64,000 bases of DNA from Roseibacillus sp. (lineage in GTDB: Bacteria > Verrucomicrobiota > Verrucomicrobiia > Verrucomicrobiales > Akkermansiaceae): positions 32,001-96,000 of the forward strand of contig CBDEUM010000022.1 of NCBI GenBank assembly GCA_965242925.1. Direction: 5' to 3'. Below the pieces are notes generated by a model. That model worked only from the letters and a program-made list of their open reading frames with translations. It was not told the origin of the DNA and made no database searches. The position numbers were made by a program, and so were the translations under genes. Shown piece after piece: positions 23,784 to 33,224 of this stretch; the stretch's first letter is position 1, and every line of letters starts with the position of its first letter.

Positions 23784-24498
23784 ATGGTCTTCGGTGGGAA
23801 GAGTTTCACAAGAGTGGTTTTAGCCACCACCCTGCTCGGAGCAGGCATAGTGACCCCGCGGGTCCAGGCCCAGGAAGTGGCGATTACCTGCCTCTCCTTT
23901 CCGAAGCGGACCCCGGCCTCCATCGAGTTGCTGGTGGGTCCTGGGAAGACGGTGCCGATCAACCTCCAGAGCCACACCCTCACTGACCCTCTGAAAGTTC
24001 CTCGCCTCGCGGTCTGGAAGTTCGGCAAGAGTGGCACCAACGCGGCAGGAGAGTTCCGTTTCAAATCCTACGGGCAGATCAGGCCGGGAACTGCCAGGAA
24101 GCAACTCCTTCTCTTCGTCCATAAGGGCGCCTCCCCATCGGATGGCTTGAACATTCTTGCCCTCAACGACGACAAGACAGCCTTCGGGGCCTCCCAAATG
24201 CTCTTCGTCAACCTCGCTCGCGAACCGGTGGCCGGACTGGTGGGTGGGAAGCAGTTTCGTCTCGATTCCGGCAAGCATATTATCATCAAGCCCAAGGCCG
24301 ACCGGGGGAAAGAATCTCTGTTTTGCCTCTCTCAAGTACTTGCGTGCCAATAAGTGGCGCACCTTCTTCTCCACCAACTGGCCTACCCTGACCACGGCTC
24401 GGGGCCTGGTCTTCCTTTACAACGACCCCGGCTCCAGGTCCGTCAAACTTCACTCGGTTGTTGATTCCCTCGTCCGCGTCCCCCCACCCGGGGAGTGA
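23784..24498 (+). CDS. Secreted hypothetical protein (~237 aa), divergent partner of the pilin-like gene, split by a +1 frameshift at G5/A3 24304-24311
   Basis: Signal peptide …RVQA|QE. Removing one base joins KPKADRG|KNLCFASLKYLRANKWRTFFSTNWP…. Confidence 0.7.
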
Positions 24499-24529
24499 CG
24501 GGAAGAACCCGGGGGGCGAGCGGGCTCGA

Positions 24530-24558
24530 TTGACAAACCGTGACCTGCCGTCAAGGAT
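24530..24558 (+). promoter_or_regulatory. Sigma70-like promoter (TTGACA-17 nt-AAGGAT) 8 nt before the ThuA start
   Basis: Perfect -35 and canonical spacer. It overlaps a TTGAC-N15-GTCAA inverted repeat. Confidence 0.5.
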
Positions 24559-24566
24559 GCTGCTTC

Positions 24567-25286
24567 ATGAAAGCGCTCACGAACTCCCTTCTGTCCGCAC
24601 TCCTTGCTCTGCTCACCCTCTGCCCGGCCTTTGCCGAGCACCACGAGAACATCAAGGTCCTCTACATGGGTGGCCGCGGGCATGACTCGAAGGGCTACGA
24701 GAAATTCCTGACCGGATTTCTCGCCCGGCAGGGCGGATTCGACCTTGTCATCAGCAACAAGCTGGATGACCTCAGGGCGGAAACGATCGGGAAATACGAC
24801 GTGGTTTTCTTCTTTGGTTCGGGAGGAGACTTCACCGATCCGGCCCAGGAAAAGGGGTTTGAGAGCTATATAAGCAATGGCGGCGGAGTGGTCGGGATCC
24901 ATGCCACCGACGCCTTCAAGAAATCAGACGTCTACTGGAAGATCTTCGGCGGACAGTTCATTGGCCACGGCGGCGGCACATTCCCGATCGAGTTCACTGA
25001 CACCAAGCATCCTATCACCAGGGGGATGAAGGGCTTTGAGATTTCAGACGAATCCTATCGCGACAAATTCCACCCTGCCACCATCGACAAGCTGCACCAC
25101 CTTGGACGTATCAACCGTGGCAACGAGAAACACTCCATGATCTGGATCCACGAGTACGGCAAGGGCCGCCTCTTCAACACCGGCTTGGGACACGACCAGA
25201 AAGCCTGGGACAACCCCGCCCTGCAGAAGCTCACCCTGCGGGCCCTCTACTGGGTCGTGCGGAAACCTGTCAAGGATCCCAGGTAG
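24567..25286 (+). CDS. ThuA-like (trehalose utilisation / class I GATase-like) secreted protein
   Basis: Signal peptide MKALTNSLL…AFA. Motifs GGRGHD, GGGVVGIHA, GGQFIGH, HPIT, DESY, YGKGRLFNTGLGH. Confidence 0.88.
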   Translation: MKALTNSLLSALLALLTLCPAFAEHHENIKVLYMGGRGHDSKGYEKFLTGFLARQGGFDLVISNKLDDLRAETIGKYDVVFFFGSGGDFTDPAQEKGFESYISNGGGVVGIHATDAFKKSDVYWKIFGGQFIGHGGGTFPIEFTDTKHPITRGMKGFEISDESYRDKFHPATIDKLHHLGRINRGNEKHSMIWIHEYGKGRLFNTGLGHDQKAWDNPALQKLTLRALYWVVRKPVKDPR

Positions 25287-25298
25287 CCGGATGCGCGT

Positions 25299-26445
25299 CT
25301 ACTTCCCGATCCTCTCCCTCCAGGCCGGGTAGTCGACCTTCAGGAGTCGTGCGGGCCACCTGCCCCCGATCCACCCGTGACCGACCCGGTGGGAGTGACT
25401 CAGTTCTGCGAGGGTGTATTTCACGACCCCCTGTTCGATGAAGAGGGGCCTGTTGGTTCCGATTTCGTGATAACGCGCCCAGATCGGATCCGCCTCTGCA
25501 TCCTCCACCACCCGTCGGTCCCTGCCGCCCGGAAGCGAATCATCCTGCACGGTCACCACGCGTACTCCCTTGATGCTGGCCCGTTCAAACCAGCTCACCG
25601 CACCTTCCACTGCCCTGACCACACCGGGTGACGGACGCTCGATCGACATCAGGAACCGCACCACGTCCACGCTCTCGGCCCCGGAAATGGAAGGGAGTTC
25701 CGAGATCCTCCCCTGTGCGGGAGCGAGGGTCCGCTCATCGTGTTGCTGGCACCAGGCCGTCTTTCTTCCTTTCACCTCGATCTGGCACTTGAGGACACAT
25801 GCGATGCCCTTCGCAACCGCCTGTTTGCATTCTGCCCGGAGTTCCTCGTCGACCAGGTCCATGGAAGCCCGGCCATCCGCCACCTCATGAAGAACCGAGA
25901 GGGCTCCGGTCATGGCCCCGTCGTTAAAGGTGATACGGCTGGAGTAGCCCGGCCTGAGAGGGTAAAACTGGGCCCACCCCCCACTTGGATACTGCGCCTT
26001 CAGCAGGTAGCGGACGCCCCTTGGCAAAACCCTCCCGGAACCGGGCCTCCCCGGTGGCGCCGTGAACCGCCGCCAGGTAGCGCATTTCCGTGTGGGTCGC
26101 CCCGTTATCAAGGGTGCAGGGAAACGTTCGCTTCCGGAGCGCCTCCCTGTGGGCCTTGCGCTGTTCTTCGGTAAGATCCTCGGTGGCGGCGTGACCCGAG
26201 GGATGCACGCTGGCGTCGTTCTTGTACCACCCGCCGATCCCGGACTGATAGTAGAGCACGTTGTCGGCAATCCGGATCGCCTCTTCCGTTTCATACCACG
26301 CGGCCTCCTGCACCTGGCACTCGCGCCAGGTGCGACTCCACGACGGCGACGCACCCAGAGCAACCATCAGGACCACCCCGAGCCCCCATCTACCCGGAGA
26401 GCATCCGCGGCGCTCAATCCCGCTTCTGCGAGAACATCCAGTCAT
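25299..26445 (-). CDS. pelA: Pectate lyase, PL10 (PelA/Pel-15E family), split by a +1 frameshift in the C4 run at 26017-26020
   Basis: ADNVLYYQ..GGW.KN and TLDNGAT in the upstream frame. AQYPSGGWAQFYP, ITFNDGAM, WCQQHD and WARY in the downstream frame. Removing one G gives FAKG|VRYLLKAQY. Start uncertain. Confidence 0.85.
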
Positions 26446-27214
26446 ACATCTCCGTGGTGGAAAACACGATCCGGCCAGCCCCGTGCCCTTCGTCCGCGTA
26501 AACCTTGAGTCTGGCCAACTTCCCCCCGACCTTCCTGATGGCGGCGATCATCCGCTCGGAACGTTCGGCCGGGACTACCCGGTCCCTGGCACCGGCAAAG
26601 GCGTAGACGGGAACCCGGGCCAGATTGGCGGCCCACTTGGCGAGATCCTCCGTGACGGCCTTCGGTCCTCCCCGGCCGATTCCACCCACCACCGGAGCGA
26701 TGGCGGCAAAGTGCTCCGGACGGTGACCGCCCCAGACCCAGCAACCGTAGCCTCCCATGCTGTTTCCGGTCAGGTAGATCCTCTTCTCGTCGACTGGCAG
26801 CGTCGCCTTCACGTGCTCAAGGAAGACATCGAGATCTTCCGGGGTCCAGGTCCCCCTGCCTGCCGGTGTGACCCTGAGGCATTGCGGAGCCACCACCAGG
26901 CAGGGCCCCTTCCGGAACTTCCGGATTCCGCTCACTACCCGACGGGCCTGCCCCCTGATCTTCCCCAGATCATTTCCCACTCCGCCAGCGCCATGAAGAT
27001 AGATCAACACCGGAAGTTTACTGCCTTTCTTCGCCTCCGCCGGGAACAGGAGAAACTCCGGGTTGAGATAAGTCGTCTTGCCCCCCACTTCCTTCCCCAC
27101 GGTTTTGACAACCGGGTTCTCCTTTTGTCCCCAGACGGGAGCCATCCCGCCCAGGAGAAGAAGGAGGATGCCCCGTCCAATGGCGGCACGACGAAGAAGA
27201 CAGAAACGATTCAT
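26414..27214 (-). CDS. Secreted alpha/beta-hydrolase (COG4099-type predicted esterase/peptidase)
   Basis: PVLIYLHGAG, VVAPQC, RIYLTGNSMGGYG nucleophile elbow, D..VP, GH. ATG at 27214 gives a signal peptide. Confidence 0.85.
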   Translation of the reverse strand: MNRFCLLRRAAIGRGILLLLLGGMAPVWGQKENPVVKTVGKEVGGKTTYLNPEFLLFPAEAKKGSKLPVLIYLHGAGGVGNDLGKIRGQARRVVSGIRKFRKGPCLVVAPQCLRVTPAGRGTWTPEDLDVFLEHVKATLPVDEKRIYLTGNSMGGYGCWVWGGHRPEHFAAIAPVVGGIGRGGPKAVTEDLAKWAANLARVPVYAFAGARDRVVPAERSERMIAAIRKVGGKLARLKVYADEGHGAGRIVFSTTEMYDWMFSQKRD

Positions 27215-27332
27215 GGAGGCGCAAAGGATAGACTCGAAGGGTAGGCGTGACAGATCTTTCTCAATCAATTCCGTGAACGTGTAAGCGTATGAAGATAGCG
27301 TCAAAAGGAATTAGCGCATGGTGAGGCGGCAT

Positions 27333-27355
27333 GGGAACCCCGTCACCCGGTTCCC
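27333..27355. terminator. Hairpin downstream of bfd (possible terminator)
   Basis: GGGAACC-N9-GGTTCCC, no clear U-tract. Confidence 0.35.
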
Positions 27356-27403
27356 CCCTCCAGCAATCCATCGACGCGCCGGCGATGAGTGGACACTCCG
27401 CCC

Positions 27404-27700
27404 CTACGCCGCGTTGCACGCACAAAGGAGCTCCGCGCAACCACATTGGCTGCACAGCCCGAAACGACCACAGTTCGGCGAAAGTCCACAGAGCATGCGG
27501 TTGAGCTTGCAGTGACAACTCATACATCCGCTCCCTGCTTTTGTCCGCAGGCTGATTTCCTCAAGGGAGGCCGCCCCGATCTCGTCGATGGCAACATGCA
27601 GTTCAGCTTCAGTGACCTGGTGGCAGTGACACACGATCTCTCCTCCCAGACACACGGAAGAGTTCCTCGTTTCTGCAGGTCGCACCTTTGCCGAAATCAT
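27404..27700 (-). CDS. bfd: Bfd-like (2Fe-2S) ferredoxin with a Cys-rich C-terminal extension
   Basis: IVCHCHQVTE…TKAGSGCMSC matches the BFD CxC…CxxC pattern, followed by 8 more Cys. Confidence 0.8.
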   Translation of the reverse strand: MISAKVRPAETRNSSVCLGGEIVCHCHQVTEAELHVAIDEIGAASLEEISLRTKAGSGCMSCHCKLNRMLCGLSPNCGRFGLCSQCGCAELLCACNAA

Positions 27701-27772
27701 TTGATCAGTTTTTTGATCGTTACTCTCTAGGAAATACGATGGCTCGGAGGCATTTCAACCACGTTATTGCTA

Positions 27773-27789
27773 TTGAGACTTATTCTCAA
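27773..27789. promoter_or_regulatory. Fur-box-like palindrome upstream of bfd
   Basis: TTGAGA-CTTAT-TCTCAA in an AT-rich patch (minus strand TTGAGAATAAGTCTCAATAGCAATAA), 72 nt upstream of the bfd start. bfd genes are classically Fur-repressed. Confidence 0.75.
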
Positions 27790-27831
27790 GGAAAAATGCT
27801 GGCCTGACTTGCCTCCTGGCAACCTCACTTC

Positions 27832-28422
27832 TCACCTCCGACGTCTTCCCCCGACGATCAGGAGGGCGCCACAACCAACAAGCCCGCCCACGGCAGGCTC
27901 CGGCACAACCTGAATGGAGAGAGAATAATCGACCACAGTCGGGTTCGTCTCCTGCAGCCAGAACGCGTGCTGGCCCGCGGCCAGGGAATCCCGGCCCAGA
28001 TCAGGCAGCAGATTCAGGCCCACCTCGAAAAACAGGGCCCAGGCATCGATATCATCGAACCCTTGCCCTGCGAAATCAGACCCGGAGCGATATCCTAGAA
28101 AAGATCCCCCTCCCGGATTTCCATCAACAAAGGAGTAGGTCTGGACCGAAATCGAGACGATCTCCAGCCCGTCTGGAACCATGAGGGACAGATAGTCCGC
28201 ATCACCTCCGTCGGTTGCTCCAGTATCGCCGGTATCCCCAATACTGCCAGAGAAGGTATGTTCCCCGGGGGTGACGACGAGAGCCTGCGGCGAATTGAAA
28301 TCTCCGGGCAAATCGCCATCCTCCCCTTCGTTCCAGAGGATTGCCCCCTTCACGGATGGCGATCCGATCATGCAGAGGGAAAGGGCCAGGGCTGCGGGGG
28401 CGAGGAGTAGTCTTGGGGTCAT
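27832..28422 (-). CDS. PEP-CTERM exosortase-target protein (196 aa)
   Basis: Signal peptide. C-terminus VVPEPAVGGLVGCGALLIVGGRRRR. Confidence 0.9.
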   Translation of the reverse strand: MTPRLLLAPAALALSLCMIGSPSVKGAILWNEGEDGDLPGDFNSPQALVVTPGEHTFSGSIGDTGDTGATDGGDADYLSLMVPDGLEIVSISVQTYSFVDGNPGGGSFLGYRSGSDFAGQGFDDIDAWALFFEVGLNLLPDLGRDSLAAGQHAFWLQETNPTVVDYSLSIQVVPEPAVGGLVGCGALLIVGGRRRR

Positions 28423-28820
28423 TTCCAGGCTCAGCGTTGAAGGCTGGATGCACAGGTTCCCCGCCGACGGCGAAAAATAGCAGAGTGCCCCTGGGCGCGC
28501 TAACCGTTTCTTTTTTCAGTCCGAGGTCACTACTCCCGTCCCCGGGCGGGTAAATTGGGAAGCGCTACTCCTTCCGGGCTACCCAGCGGGAAACCCGGGG
28601 CGCTGCCTGCTGGGTAAGACGCATCCCGGCTTGAATACTTTCCAGAAATACAACGAGCCCCTCCCGGTCCATCCCACTGGTGTTACGGAATGCTTCGCCG
28701 CCATGCCAGAAAACGGCCGCTTTGACTTCACTCGCTCCCGCTCCGGGTTTGGCGAGGGACTCGCGCAGAACCTGCCGCTGTAAGGTTGACTCAGTCACAA
28801 GCGAAGGATACTCAAGGGCC

Positions 28821-30476
28821 ATGCCGTCGCCCACCGACGCAGAGATTTTCACCCGATGGGCGAACACGGAGGCCCCGCTTTTGCCGATCCTTCATGCATT
28901 CCACGACCGCGACGGGTTCCTGGGGGAAAAGGCCATACATGCCATTTCGGAGGCACTTCGAACCCCGATTGCGGATCTCTACGGGACGGTCACCTTCTAT
29001 CACCACTTCGCACAGCAGGCTCCCGGACAAAGCGCCCCAAGGGTGTGCACCGGACCGATCTGCAAGTTGAAAGGTGCTGACGCCCTCCTCGATGCAATGC
29101 GTGCGGAGGGCGCCACCCCGATGGCGTGCTCCGGTCGATGCGACGACCCGGTGCCGGTCCTCAAGGGACACCAGACCCTGGTGGCCTGTGATGGCCAGAT
29201 GACGCCCTGGTACTCTCCCATTCCGATCCCCAACCCGGGCGGCCTCGAGGAGTGCGTGTTCGCCTCCATCCGGGAACCGGATCGCGGCACGCACGACGGC
29301 TACCGGCGCACCGGCGGCTACCTCGGCCTGGAAAAAGCGTTGGCAACCGATCCCGCAGCCGTGCGCCAAACCATCAGCGACAGCGGACTGGCGGGCCGCG
29401 GAGGCGCCGGATTTCCCACCGGTCGCAAATGGGATGCCGTTGCGGAGGACCCCCGTGGACCAAAGACAATCGTCTGCAACGCCGACGAGGGCGAACCCGG
29501 ATGCTTCAAGGACCGCACCCTGATGGACCTGGATCCGCACGCGGTCATCGAAGGGATGGCAATCGCAGCCCACGCAACAGGTGCCACACGGGGCTTCATC
29601 TACCTGCGCTATGAATACCCGGAGACTGCGCAGATTCTCGAACGGGCCCTCAAGGAAGCCCGGGCGACCGGTCTCCTGGGCGGCCAGACTGGCTTCGATC
29701 TGTGGGTGCGGCGTGGCGGCGGAGCCTACATCTGCGGCGAGGAAACGTCGCTGCTGAACAGCCTGGAGGGCAAGCACCCATTCCCCCGCAATCGTCCCCC
29801 CTTCCCGGTCACGCACGGATACGAGAATCTTCCGACCGTCGTTAATAACGTAGAGACCCTGGCATCGGTCCCGCCCATCCTCTCCAACGGTGCCGACTGG
29901 TATCGCCAACTCGGCACCGGCGAGCACGCCGGCACCAAGGTCATCAGCCTCTCCGGGGACGTGCTCCGCCCCGGCAACTACGAGGTTCCGCTCGGTTTAC
30001 CGCTGTCCAAGCTCCTCCATGAATGGGCCGGGGGCGTCCCCGAGGGGCGCGCAATCCAGGCTGTCACAATGGCCGGCCTGTCTGGCGGCTTCCTCGCCAG
30101 GGAGGGCCTCGATGTGACGCTGGACGAGCCGAGCATACGCGCCCAGGGGTCATTCCTCGGTGCCGGCGGCATCATGGTCCTGGACGATTCCCGTGACATG
30201 GTGGCCGTTGCTCACTCCGCCATGGAATTCTTCGCACACGAGTCATGCGGCAAGTGCTTCCCGTGCCGGATTGGCACCGCCCGGTTGACGGAGCGCCTTG
30301 GCAGTGGCGGACCCGCTTCGTTCGAAAGCTGGCGGGAGGAAGTCGATGACATTGGCTCCACCATGAAGGCCACCAGTGCCTGTGGTCTGGGGATGGCAGC
30401 GCCCCTCATCACCGAGAGCCTGGCCCGATGGTTCCCGGACCAGGTAGAAACGCACCTCAACAGCACGACCTCATGA
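28821..30476 (+). CDS. NAD-linked formate dehydrogenase diaphorase subunit: NuoE-like (2Fe-2S) fused to NuoF-like (FMN/NADH, 4Fe-4S)
   Basis: LLPILH…VTFY…VCTGPIC…ACSGRC (NuoE). GLAGRGGAGFPTG, NADEGEPG, GAYICGEETSLL and ESCGKCFPCRIG…ACGLG (NuoF). Its stop overlaps the next start (ATGA). Confidence 0.9.
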   Translation: MPSPTDAEIFTRWANTEAPLLPILHAFHDRDGFLGEKAIHAISEALRTPIADLYGTVTFYHHFAQQAPGQSAPRVCTGPICKLKGADALLDAMRAEGATPMACSGRCDDPVPVLKGHQTLVACDGQMTPWYSPIPIPNPGGLEECVFASIREPDRGTHDGYRRTGGYLGLEKALATDPAAVRQTISDSGLAGRGGAGFPTGRKWDAVAEDPRGPKTIVCNADEGEPGCFKDRTLMDLDPHAVIEGMAIAAHATGATRGFIYLRYEYPETAQILERALKEARATGLLGGQTGFDLWVRRGGGAYICGEETSLLNSLEGKHPFPRNRPPFPVTHGYENLPTVVNNVETLASVPPILSNGADWYRQLGTGEHAGTKVISLSGDVLRPGNYEVPLGLPLSKLLHEWAGGVPEGRAIQAVTMAGLSGGFLAREGLDVTLDEPSIRAQGSFLGAGGIMVLDDSRDMVAVAHSAMEFFAHESCGKCFPCRIGTARLTERLGSGGPASFESWREEVDDIGSTMKATSACGLGMAAPLITESLARWFPDQVETHLNSTTS

Positions 30477-33205
30477 TCCAGCAAGGCCAGGAAGAACCCG
30501 CTCCGATCCCCACCGTCAACATCGACGGAGCGAACGTCCCGTTCACAGAGGGGGAAACGCTTTACGAGATCTGCTCCCGCCAGAAAAAAGATATCCCTAC
30601 CCTCTGCTACGACCCGAGGCTGGACCCCTTCGGGGGATGCCGACTGTGCGTCGTGGAACTTGAGGGCGCGCGCAACCCGGTGGCCTCCTGCACGACCCGG
30701 GCCACCGCAGGAATGAAAGTCCGCACGAAAACCGAAGCCATCGAGAACCACCGCCGAACCCTGCTGGAACTCGTGGTATCCGAGAATCGCCAGGTGGAAG
30801 TGGACGAACTCGCAGGCTACGCGTCGCAGGAACTCAAGACCCTCGTGGAACGATACGACGCCAACCGCGGCCGCTTCAAAGGCAGGCAATCCGGAGAGAG
30901 CCGTGACGACGATGACAACCCCTTCATCCTGCGCGACTACGACCAGTGCATCTCCTGCTACCGATGCGTCCGGGTCTGCGCCGAACAGGAGGGCGACCAC
31001 GCCATCAGTGTCATGAACCGCGGCTTCGATACCCGGATCACGACCGAATTCAATGGGCTTCTCCGCGACTCCGACTGCACATTCTGTGGCCAATGCGTCC
31101 AGACCTGCCCGACCGGGGCCCTGGCGGACAAGAAGGCCCTCAAGCACGTTGACGTCCCTGGCAAAATCGAGAAGACGCGCTCCGTCTGCCCCTACTGCGG
31201 GGTCGGATGCTCGGTCGATTTGTTAAGCAAGGGCGACAAACTGGTCGGGGTTCTGCCGGCGATGGATGGTCCCGCCAACGAAGGGGCCCTGTGCGTGAAG
31301 GGGCAGTTCGCCTTTGGGTTCGTCCAGCACGACGACCGACTCAAGACTCCCATGGTCCGGGGCGAAGACGGCAAACTCCATGCCACGAGCTGGGACAATG
31401 CCCTCGACCGGGCCGCCGAGGGACTGCGTGCGGTCGTCGAACGCCACGGCCGGGAAGCACTCTACGCCATCGCCTCCGGTCGCGCCCCCCACGAGGCCGC
31501 CTACACAATGCAGAAGATGATGCGCGCGGGGTGGGGGCTCAACCACATCGACAACTGCTCCCGTGCCTGACACGCCCCCACCGTCGCCGGTCTGGCGGCA
31601 ACCATCGGACGCGGAGCCATGTCGAACCCCCTCGCGGACATGGACAAACCCGACGTCTTCTTCTGCATCGGCACGAACATGACCGAGTGTCACCCCGTTG
31701 CGGCAACGAGAATCAAGAAGGGAGTGGCGGCCGGAGCAAAGCTGATCGTCGTCGACCCGCGGCAGATCGAACTGGCAAAGCGGGCGGACCTGCACCTGCC
31801 CATCCGGGTCGGATCGGACACCGCCCTTCTCCTCGCCATGACCCACGTCATCGCCCGTGATGACCTGGTCGACCAATCCTTCACCGCGGAGCGGACTACC
31901 GGTCTTGAGGAGTTTATCGAACACGTCCGGGACTTCTCCCCCGAATGGGCCGCCGGGATCTGCGAGGTCCCCGCGGAGGACATCGAAGCGGCGGCCCGGA
32001 TCTACGGCCAGGCTGAACGGGGGGCCATCTACTATACGCTGGGTATCACCGAGCACATCTGCGGCGTCGACAACGTCAAGAGCCTCTGCAACCTGGCACT
32101 CATGACCGGCCACATTGGCCGGGAAGGCACCGGTATCAACCCCATGCGTGGGCAGAACAACATCCAGGGCGCCGGGGACTGCGGAGCCATCCCCAACAAC
32201 TACCCTGGCTTCCAACCGGTGGATGATCCCGCCCATCAGGACAAATTCGAACGCCTGTGGGGAACCAGGGTCGACCTCGAACGCGGCATGACCAAGGTCA
32301 CCGCCCTCGAACGGTGCGGGGAGAGCGTCTTTGGAATGGTGATCAATGGAGAGAATACGCTCCTGAGCGATCCCGATCGCGCCCACTGCCAGCACGCCCT
32401 GGAGAGCCTGGACCACCTCATCGTCATTGACCTCTTCCTCACCGAGACCGCCAAGCTGGCCCACGTGGTCCTGCCCGCAACGGCGTGGGCGGAGACCGAC
32501 GGCGTCTGCACCAACACCGAACGACGGGTCCAGAGGCTGCGCGCTGCCGTTCCAGCCCAGGGCGAGGCCATGCCGGACTGGTGGATCATCACTCAGATCG
32601 CGAAACGGCTCGGCTTCGAGGGCTTCGATTACGAATCGGCAGAGGACGTGTTCAACGAGCTGTGCCAGGTCTCGCCACTCTACAACGGCCTCGACTGGGA
32701 CCGTATCGACAATAGTGAATATCACTGGCCGGTGCCCGACAAGGACCACCCCGGGACACCACGCCTGCACGAGGATGGTTTCGTGAACGGGCGCGGTATC
32801 TTCTCGTGCACCACCTACCGGGACCCGGCCGAGACCATCAACGACGAATATCCCCTCTGGCTCACCACGGGGCGGCGCCTGCAAAGCTACCACACCCATA
32901 CCCAGACCGGTCGCGCCGGCGGGATGGAATACTTCCTTCCCGGTGAGTCCCTGGAGATTCATCCCGACGACGTCACCCGCCTCGGTCTCACCGACGGCGA
33001 AGCGTGTCGTATGTCGAGCCCCCGCGGAACCGTCGACATCATCGTGAAGGCGACGACCAAGTCTCCCCCGGGCACGGTCTTCACGAGCTTCAGCTTCGAG
33101 GACACCCCCGTGAACGCCCTGACCGGATCGGGCTACGACCCAACGACGCACACGGCGGAGCTCAAGGTGTGTCCGGTCCGCGTCGAACCCATCGCGGCCG
33201 GGTGA
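30473..33205 (+). CDS. fdhF: Formate dehydrogenase alpha subunit (Mo/W-bisPGD), selenocysteine-containing (UGA at 31568-31570), 910 aa
   Basis: ORFs 30428-31570 and 31619-33205 are in the same frame. Read-through gives HIDNCSRA-U-HAPTVAGL at the catalytic Cys/Sec position. Also CPYCGVGC…LCVKG and MRGQNNIQG motifs. Confidence 0.93.
31568..31600 (+). promoter_or_regulatory. UGA + bacterial SECIS-like hairpin
   Basis: UGA CAC GCC CCC ACC GUCGCC-GGUCU-GGCGGC: 6-bp stem (31583-31599). The apical GGU lies at the same distance from UGA as in the E. coli fdhF SECIS. Confidence 0.85.
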
Positions 33206-33224
33206 GTCCCGGCCCCGGGAACGC

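Noticed and set aside
24304..24312. GGGAAAG lambda-type -1 programmed frameshift site
   Set aside because: The heptamer is not in the zero frame and the join needs +1. A homopolymer indel is simpler.
28562..28582. Minus-strand GTAGCCCGGAAGGAGTAGC resembling the SRP RNA domain IV loop
   Set aside because: The conserved CAGG and AGCAG internal-loop bases and the long flanking helix are missing.
28565..28867. 100-aa minus-strand ORF in the spacer before the FDH operon
   Set aside because: It overlaps the FDH start and promoter and has no recognisable motif.
31568..31570. Nonsense mutation / split fdh pseudogene
   Set aside because: The stop is UGA at the exact catalytic Cys/Sec position and is followed by a SECIS-like hairpin. 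Recoding explains it better.
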